Assembly (NCBI GenBank): GCA_951406725.2
Contig: OX597831.1
Coordinates: 20,956,001 to 21,020,000 of the forward strand
DNA from: Octopus vulgaris
Lineage: Eukaryota
Direction: 5' to 3'
DNA length: 64,000 nucleotides
Positions within the stretch are counted from its first letter, which is position 1. Each line of letters opens with the position of its first letter. Below the pieces are notes generated by a model. The model saw only the letters and a program-made list of their open reading frames with translations, made no database searches and was not told the origin of the DNA. Below are positions 55,905-64,000 of this stretch, piece after piece. A program made the position numbers and the translations under genes.

Positions 55905-56420
55905 TACATATATATATATGTGTGAGTGTGTGTGTGTGTAGCTACAGTGGAGTAGTATAACTAGCATGAAGCATTGTCTGATACCGATGAGGGTTTTTAC
56001 TCTTCTTTTTTATTAATGTAAGCACAGTGTGGGCTTTCAGAAATAGTACAAGTCGAATTTTTGTATTCACAAATTATTTTTCCGTATTTCGTGATTATGG
56101 CCTTCTGTTCAAAAAAAATAATCGGAGATTGCGTACATGTATCTATTTCCTTTTACTTCCTTTAGTCACTCGACTGCTGCCATGATGGGGCACTGCCAAA
56201 AAGGGTTTTAGTTGAACTAATCAACATCAGTACTAATTTTTCAAATCCTTGTACTTAAACCTGTAGATCTCTTTTACCGAAATATTAGCTGACGGGTAGG
56301 TGCACAAACGGACACCAATTAACAGAAACGGATATCAATAAGTGGGGGTCAAACACAACACAGGAAAAAAAAACAAGCATATATACATATATATACATAC
56401 GTGCGTTTGCTTACGCTTGC

Positions 56421-56491
<71 letters not shown>

Positions 56492-56492
<1 letters not shown>

Positions 56493-57625
56493 GGAAAATC
56501 ACGAGAGACGAAAGAAGCTTCATTCTATCATCAAGGAAAGCAAAAAATTTGCTATTGATCTCGTGCAGGATACCCAAACTGAACAACCCGAGGGAAGTAC
56601 GGCAACTATTGTTGCAAAGAAGGTGAAAATGATGGCAATGAAAAAAGCGCACGAGCAATTGGCTGATAGGTGGGAGGAGAAACCTCTGCACGGCAAATAT
56701 GTGACCCGCAGCAAACAAGCTGATGTTGACCAGAAGCAAACCCATCAGTGGCTGCGGAGCTCAGGGCTAAAAGCAGAGAGCGAAGGTTTCATCCTGGCTG
56801 CTCAAGACCAAAGCCTATCAACCCGGAACTACCAGGCCAATGTGATGAAAAATGGAGCAGACCCAAAATGCCGATTCTGCAACGACATGATTGAAACAGT
56901 GGACCACCTAATCTTTGGATGTAAAGTCTTAGCACCAGTGGAGTATAAATTAAGACATGACAGAGTTGGCCAATATCTACACTGGCTAATAAGTCGGCAT
57001 TACAATATCAAAACTGCCGACAAGTGGTATAATCACCACCCTGAGGCTGTAACTGAAGGAGAAAATGTAACCATTCTGTGGGACTTTCTAGTACATACAG
57101 ACCGAACCATCAAGGTCAATAAACCAGATATTGTTGTGAAAGACCAAAACAATAAATTTTGCTTATTGATCGACATGAGCATCCCCTGTGATCATAATAT
57201 CTCAGCGAAAGAGTTTGACAAGCTCAGAAAATTTAAAGACCTACTCATTGAAATTGAGAAAATGTGGCATCTCAAGGCGGTTACAATACCAGTGATCGTA
57301 GGAGCACTAGGAATGATCAAGAAGGGAACCGAAAATTATATGAGAATGATCCCTGGCTTACCATCCCTGCAAGAAGTGCAAAAGATTGTCTTAACTGGTA
57401 CATCACACGTATTGAGAAGAGCATTGTCGATGTGAGAACTGTTGCTGCTCATGCATTTTAATTTAACTTTAAAAAAAAAAAAAAAAAAAAAATGAACGAA
57501 CTACTGAGTTTGGTTTAATGGCCTACCAATATACACTATGAGTTTCTTTGCCCTAGGAGCCGGGAAGACACTCGGCAAGAAATGGAAGAAAATTTGAAAG
57601 AAGAAAAAAAAAAAATAATAATAAT
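56492..57625 (+). mobile_element. Young 5'-truncated R4/Dong-clade non-LTR retrotransposon inserted in (TAA)n
   Basis: Uninterrupted frame from ~56494 to the stop at 57435. Contains KPLHGKY, GLKAESEGFILAAQDQ, CCHC knuckle CRFCNDMIETVDHLIFGC, RHD, RLE KPDIVV...LIDMS...K and IPVIVGALG. 3' UTR ends A-rich/(TAA)n, and (TAA)n lies upstream. Confidence 0.93.
56563..57435 (+). pseudogene. Partial retrotransposon ORF: post-RT region, zinc knuckle and restriction-like endonuclease (lacks RT and a true start)
   Basis: 290-aa ORF in the track with the motifs listed above. It is 5'-truncated, so it is not an autonomous gene. Confidence 0.9.
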
Positions 57626-57649
57626 AATGATAATAATCATATAATTTCA

Positions 57650-58202
57650 GCTAATGTCTGTCCCAATCGACATAAATGTTCCTATCAAAATCAACCAAAA
57701 ACCGTGCAGCTAAAATGATCTTGAAATAAAAATTGGCAAAATGTGGAACTTCAAGACTAAAACAGGTGCCCAAGGAATGATAGCAAAAGGGGCTGATTGC
57801 TACCTGTCTCAGATATCAGGAAATACTAAAATGGAAGAAATTTATAAAAGTAGTGCTCATGGGAACTGCTCATATCTTATATAAAATATTGTCTATGTAA
57901 TCTCCAAAACATTTTAATCTGTAAAAAGTGTTAAAATACTTTTAAATCCACATAAAAGCAAACACCTTTTACTGTCATTTTAACATCAGACTATCATCTT
58001 ACACTCAATTTACTTTAAAAATAAACTTAATTTACCTATGTTTTGACAGACATTCTCTAGAACGATACTCTGTGCAAAACCAAATATATGGCATCCTATT
58101 CATAACACCACCTTGAACTTCTAGCTTGTTGTCTCTTGAGGTCTCTGGGTGAGACTTGGAGTCGACTTGTACAAACACGAAGCAAAATCCAATCATATGA
58201 AA

Positions 58203-58203
<1 letters not shown>
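57650..58203 (+). pseudogene. Second, older R4/Dong-clade 3' fragment (different subfamily)
   Basis: SVPIDINV, DLEIKIGKMWNFKTKT, GMIAKGADCYLSQISG and VVLMGTAHILYKILSM*. The 3' UTR ends in (AAT)n. Confidence 0.75.
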
Positions 58204-58496
<293 letters not shown>

Positions 58497-58551
58497 GCAA
58501 TAGTACAAAGCCAGTACAAAGCAAAAGTCAAACATACAATAATAATAACAA

Positions 58552-59630
58552 TAATTTATCTATGGAAAATGACATCGTACTTAAGATATATAAGTATAAA
58601 AATCTCAGAATTTTTAGCAAACAGAAAATATAGAACTGTATTATCTAATCGGTACGGAGCCGACATTGGACTTCAATGGAGACATGTAGAGAAACTCCAT
58701 CAAAAAGTAGCTCGTCTCTCAAACCATCTAACTTTCTTGTGTAGCTGTAGAGTCTCAAAGCTAATACCAACAGGCTGGAATATAATGACACCAATGGCTC
58801 TTAAATATAGAGCTGTATTAATAGAAATGTCTTACACATTTTTTGAGGGAGCTAAGTGGCCATTTCATCGTGTGAATATTTTCAGAAGCACTGAGAACCA
58901 ATTGGAAAGGAGAGAAAGACAGAGAGAGAGAAAGAGAGAGAGAGGGGTGGGGAGGGGAGGGGGAAGGAAGACGAAGAGGAAAGAGGCTGATAAGCTCGCC
59001 AAAATTCCAGCGTGGAGGTGAAATTTATGTAGAGAACTATAGATTTTTTGGGGGAGGACCTAGCATAGCTATGATATGGAAAGCTATAAACAACATCTCA
59101 CAGCTTTAAGAAGCTACAGTATTCTATCTATAAACACCCCATCGTATTTACGATGTGAGATGTTGTTTATAAATTTCTATGTCTTAGTTATGATAGTGCC
59201 AACTTGTCGACGCTCCTCTCAAAAATTTCATAAATTTCCATTTCTTAGCTGTGCTAGGTCCTCCCAAAAAAATCTAGAGTTCAATACATAAATTCATCCC
59301 CACGCAGAATTTTGGTGAGCTTAACTGCCTCATTCTTCTTCGTTTCCCTTCACCTCTCTTCTCAGTGCTGCTGAAATCATTCACACGATAACATGGTCAT
59401 TTAACAGCTCCCCAACTTTCTATGTTTGCTAAAACTTTGAGATGTTTATTGACTTTTATACCTGAAGTACGATGTTTTTTTTTCCATAGATAATTTCCTT
59501 CATCGTAAATACGTTGGTGTGTTTATAGATAGAATATTATAGCTTCTTAAAACTGTGAGATATTTACCAATTTTTATATCTTAGCTATGCTAGTTCCAAC
59601 TTGTCAGCGCTCCTCTCAAAAGTCAATAAA
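58552..59630 (+). mobile_element. Rearranged Penelope-like element remnant with nested inverted and direct duplications
   Basis: RYGADIGLQWRHVEKLHQKVARLSNHLTFLCSCRVSKLIPTGW resembles the Penelope ORF N-terminal motif (K.AR..NHL.FL..C....LIPKG). Inverted pairs at 58552-58635/59410-59495, 58960-59070/59245-59350 and 59100-59155/59500-59560. Confidence 0.7.
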
Positions 59631-59667
59631 TTGACTGCCAGTCATGTGAACTAGCAGTCCGTTCAAA

Positions 59668-60080
59668 CGAGCTGGCAGAAACGTTAGCACACCGGGCGAA
59701 ATGCTTAGCGGTATTTCGTCTACCGTTACGTTCTGAGTTCAAATTCCGCCGAGGTTGACTTTGCCTTTCATCCTTTCGGGGTCGATAAATTAAGTACCAG
59801 TTACGCACTGGGGTCGATGTAATCGACTTAATACCTATGTCTGTCCTTGTTTGTCCCCTCTGTGTTTAGCCCCTTGTGGGTAATAAAGAAATAGGTATTT
59901 CGTCAGTCTTTACGTTCTGAGTTCAAATTCCGCTGAGGTCGACTTTGCTTTTTATCCTTTCGGGGTCGATTAAATAAGCACCAGTTGCACACTGGGGGCG
60001 ATATAATTGACTTAATCCGTTTGTCTGTCCTTATTTGTTCCTTCTGTGTTTAGCCCCTTGTGGGTAGTAAAGAAATAGGT
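59668..60080 (+). mobile_element. SINE family B, tail type 1, head-to-tail dimer (second unit 5'-truncated)
   Basis: Units 59668-59895 and 59896-60080, joined through ggtatttcgtc. Confidence 0.88.
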
Positions 60081-60371
60081 ATTAGTAGACTCAAAAAGTC
60101 CGCTTCTCTATTTAACGCCACAGCATCAGCAGTAGCTAAACCCAGAGTCGTATATCTGTCATCATTTGTTGTCTAAAGTAATCAGGGGAGACAGTATTAG
60201 TGTCCCTATGTCTTATAGTAATATTATAAGTATAGTAATAATTGTGAGACGATAGTAATAGTTGTAAAGACAAAATTATAATAGTGAACAAGTAAATAAT
60301 TACCCAGATTGATAAACAAGTGGCGTTGTGGAACCGTCGAATCGTCAGCGACTAAACTGGTAACCCCACTA

Positions 60372-60474
<103 letters not shown>

Positions 60475-60480
60475 TAATAT

Positions 60481-60791
60481 GTGGAGGCGCAAAGGCCTAG
60501 TGATTAGGGCAGCGGACTCGCGGTCGTAGGATCGCGGTTTCGATTCCCAGACCGGGCGTTGTGAGTGTTTATTGAGCGAAAACACCTAAAGTTCCACGAG
60601 GCTCCGGCAGGGGGTGGTGGCGATCCCTGCTGTACTCTTTCGCCTCAACTTTCTCTCACTCTTTCTTCTGTTGGCCTGCTCGCTTAGCCAGCGGGGTGGC
60701 GTCATTTGGAGGCTAAAACAATGCGAAGCGCATTGTGACCAGCGATGTGTAACAACATCTGATGGCCTGGTCGGTCACGGTGATCATGGTG
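60481..60791 (+). mobile_element. SINE family C, tail type 2
   Basis: TSD atatactaatat at 60469-60480 and 60792-60803. Confidence 0.92.
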
Positions 60792-60807
60792 ATATACTAA
60801 TATACAA

Positions 60808-61830
60808 AAGTGTACATTTAAACACAAGAGAAAACTACCTTTAATAGGTAATTTTTACACGCTAGAAGAAGCAGTCAAAACAACCAAAACCACATTTAAG
60901 AGCAACTTTTGAAGGGAATGAAAAATAAAAACTTTTACCTTGTTTTTTTTACGGTTGTACCTAGGTTTCAGATTTCTTCTGGAAATAAAATAATTTGCTA
61001 GGCGAATCCCTACCAGTAACCGTGCCATAACAATTAACATATTATTTAGAGACAAATAACACGTGTCTCATCATTATATGTTATAATTTTTCAAACTTCA
61101 TCGTGCAAGCGCTGTTTTCAGTCGGTAGTAAATGAAAAATGCCGAACCGAACTTCCAAATACTAATCTCATATTCGTAAAATATATAGGGTGGCGAATAT
61201 TTTTAGAAGTTTCACCACCAGTGGCCTAGCATGTATAAAACGTTAATAGACAACATATTCTCAATATAAAATAGTGTACATTTAAACTCAAGAGAAAACT
61301 ATCTTTAACAGGTAGATAAAGGTAGGCGCAGGAGTGGTTGTATGGTTAGTAGCTTGCTTACCAACTACATGGTTCCGGATTCAATCCCACTGTGTTACAT
61401 TGGGCAAGTGTCTTCTACTATAGCCTTGGACCGACCAAAGCTTTGTGAGTGGATTTGGTAGACAGAAACTGAAAGAAGCCCGTCGTATATATGTATATAT
61501 ATGTGTGTGTATATGTTTGTGTGTCTGTGTTTCTCCCCACCAACATTGCCTGACAACCGATGGTGGTGTGTTTACGACCCCGTAACTTAGCGGTTAGGCA
61601 AAAGAGACCGAGATCAATAGAATAAGTACTAGGCTTCCAAAGAATAAGTCCTGGAGTCGATTTGCTCGACTAAAGGCGGTGCTCCAGCATGGGCGCAGTC
61701 AAATGACTGAAACAAGTAAAAGAGAGTAAAAGAGAGGTAATTTTTACACGCTAGAAGAAGCAGCCAAAACGACCAAAACCACATTTGAGAGCAATTTTCG
61801 AAGGGAATGAAGACTAAAAACTTTTACATT
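60808..61830 (-). mobile_element. Older tandem non-coding element with a degenerate hammerhead (60950-61023), interrupted by SINE A
   Basis: 60808-60940 is repeated at 61273-61315 + 61735-61830. Minus strand reads acggtta CTGGTAG ggatt...aatct GAAA cctagg TA caaccgt. Confidence 0.6.
61325..61735 (+). mobile_element. SINE family A
   Basis: Consensus match; aggta occurs at both flanks. Confidence 0.9.
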
Positions 61831-62369
61831 GTCATTTATACGATTACCGATCTCTAACATTTATAAGGTTAACTGAATACTATGTCTGACGTAGCTATAA
61901 CGACTACCAACACTTGAAAACATGAAACCAATTTTCAACTACAGACATATTCATCAACCATTCTCACACACTTCAGTATAAAAACTGTAAATCGTTAACC
62001 GTTGTAAAGATAACGTCTCTGATTTTGGCCTTTCAACTTTCCGCCTGGAGGCTTAGCTAGATTTCATGTAAAATATCACTTTTATTGATCTCAGCATTGC
62101 TTCTTATACGTAGCAACAAGAATCTACTTAATGAAGATATTATATTTACTGCACATAATCTACGATAAATTATTTATATATCACATTTAAAATCTCTTTT
62201 CCTTATCCAGCAAAAATCCAATGCCGAACAATCCCGTCTGGTACAGATTATCATATGTAATCTATTGTTATACGGATCTCTTAAAAGTATGTGTACAACA
62301 TACACATTCATGCGTACGTGCACTGACATGGGAGATAATTGCCTATATATATATAAATATATATATATA

Positions 62370-62410
62370 TCCAATCCATTAATTCTTGTGGTAAACTCTA
62401 TATATATGCC

Positions 62411-62444
<34 letters not shown>

Positions 62445-62772
62445 GAGAGTCTACCACAAGAATCAATGGATGATACAACAAAATAGTAATGTGAGATTTA
62501 TAAAATAATTACTATTTTGCTGAATCATCCATCGATTTTTGTGGCAAACGTTATATACTGACAGGTAGCATTTAGCTTAATTATCAGCGATGGAGTAGGC
62601 ATACTGATGAGCTTTAGTTTCAATCGAAATTGGCATGCCAATATAGTACCCTCTCTTGGTGTGGGGTGGTTAACTCCCCTATCAGTACATAGAATTGTGC
62701 TGTGTTTGTGGCTATGAGAGACTTTGACTCTTGTTTCTAGCAATATAGCTCTTACCCGTCATCTTCAATCAC
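62370..62772 (+). mobile_element. (TA)n-flanked remnant with a hairpin (62454-62544) and a degenerate hammerhead motif (62598-62650)
   Basis: ccacaagaatcaatggatgatacaacaaaatagtaat / attactattttgctgaatcatccatcgatttttgtgg. Motif: CTGATGA gctttagtttcaatc GAAA ttggcatgccaa TA. Confidence 0.55.
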
Positions 62773-62911
62773 TATATATATATATATAAGTACAAATATA
62801 TTTATGTACGTATGTCCGTATGTGTACGGTCTGCATCATGTTTTCCGTTTTGCATAATGTATTTCTCTTTAGTTGAGAAACTAGAGAATTTGAGTATATA
62901 TGTATGTATTT

Positions 62912-62969
<58 letters not shown>

Positions 62970-64000
62970 ACACATCAGTAAGTTCCTTTTTTTCTGAACA
63001 CAGAAGTTTCTCAGTGACAGACATTACAGCTGGTTCTGTTCAATATTACTCCTTGCATTATAAATGTTATAGATATAGCTATTCAATTCTAAATTTTTAT
63101 AGCTTTACTTTTAGCTTGTAGACCTTTCCTAGCCATCACTAAATATTTTGTTTGCAGGTTTCTATACCGGAACGACAATTATTTTCACTAAGCAAATGAC
63201 ATGAGAAAATTTCCATTTGTGTTAAATGTGTTAATAGTAAATAGAATTTGGTCTTTGGCTGTATATGCATAGTGGAGTGGCGAGAAAAATGTGATATGTA
63301 TATAGTTAAAATAAAAGTTGAAGCAGAAAAGCTTAGAAATTTCATGGCAGAAATCAAATTCGCAAATAACATCGCGGATGGTTAGATGCTTCCTGATTGT
63401 TGGTTCAGTTTGGACACTTTGTAAAATATTATTATTCTCAGAGTATCTATGGATGCAATGCCATTTCTGTTCTCTTTCCTTTTGGACATTTTTTATGATG
63501 CATTTAACCAATCTAACTGACCGTTATTTGGTACATATGTTTTATTTTATGTGTCGGTACATTTGTCTATTTTTAAATATTCCAGAGAAAATGGGAAATT
63601 AATTAAGGAAAGCAACATTAATACCATAGCAAAATGTCAAAATAAGCTTATATATAATGAAGACTTATCATAAAAAGAAAAATAATAAATTCCTGATCTG
63701 TTGCAATTAAAGACAGTCAAGGTTAAAACATTTCAATCTGGAGTTTTGTTACTGCTTGCAAATGACCAATTACATTGTTTATGCGGGGTACATTATTTCT
63801 GTAATGTATATACATGTGAATACCAGCCAATTTATTCAGACATCTGCAAGCTTATATAGTGTTAGTATTCAGACATCTGGAAACCATTACTAGTGTTAGT
63901 CCTGTTCTTGTTACCGCTTTTACCCCTCCGCAAAAAAATCCCAAATTTTTTTTAATTTGCTTTGCGGGAAGGACAGTTTTAACGAAGTCGCGTCTTGTCC

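Overview
This is AT-rich, eukaryotic, intergenic or intronic DNA. It is dominated by microsatellites, and most ORFs in the supplied track are translations of these repeats. No intact host protein-coding gene is supportable. The repeat repertoire looks like an octopod cephalopod (inference from memory of Octopus repeats, not searched). It comprises three tRNA-derived SINE families with swapped 3' tails, several R4/Dong-clade non-LTR retrotransposon fragments (some in (TAA)n arrays), RTE, L1/Tx1 and CR1-like remnants, a decayed Tc1/mariner transposon, a Tigger-like MITE and a Penelope-like remnant. The most interesting signal is a set of non-coding elements, mostly next to (TA)n, that carry minimal type I hammerhead ribozyme motifs. 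They occur as tandem monomers (53645-54676: two hammerheads 565 nt apart, retrozyme-like), as long fold-back palindromes (49578-49794, 14347-14680, 47185-47455) or as single copies (22880-22940). A 555-bp non-coding element found in (AAT)n arrays is also notable. All structures were folded by eye and need computational and biochemical confirmation.
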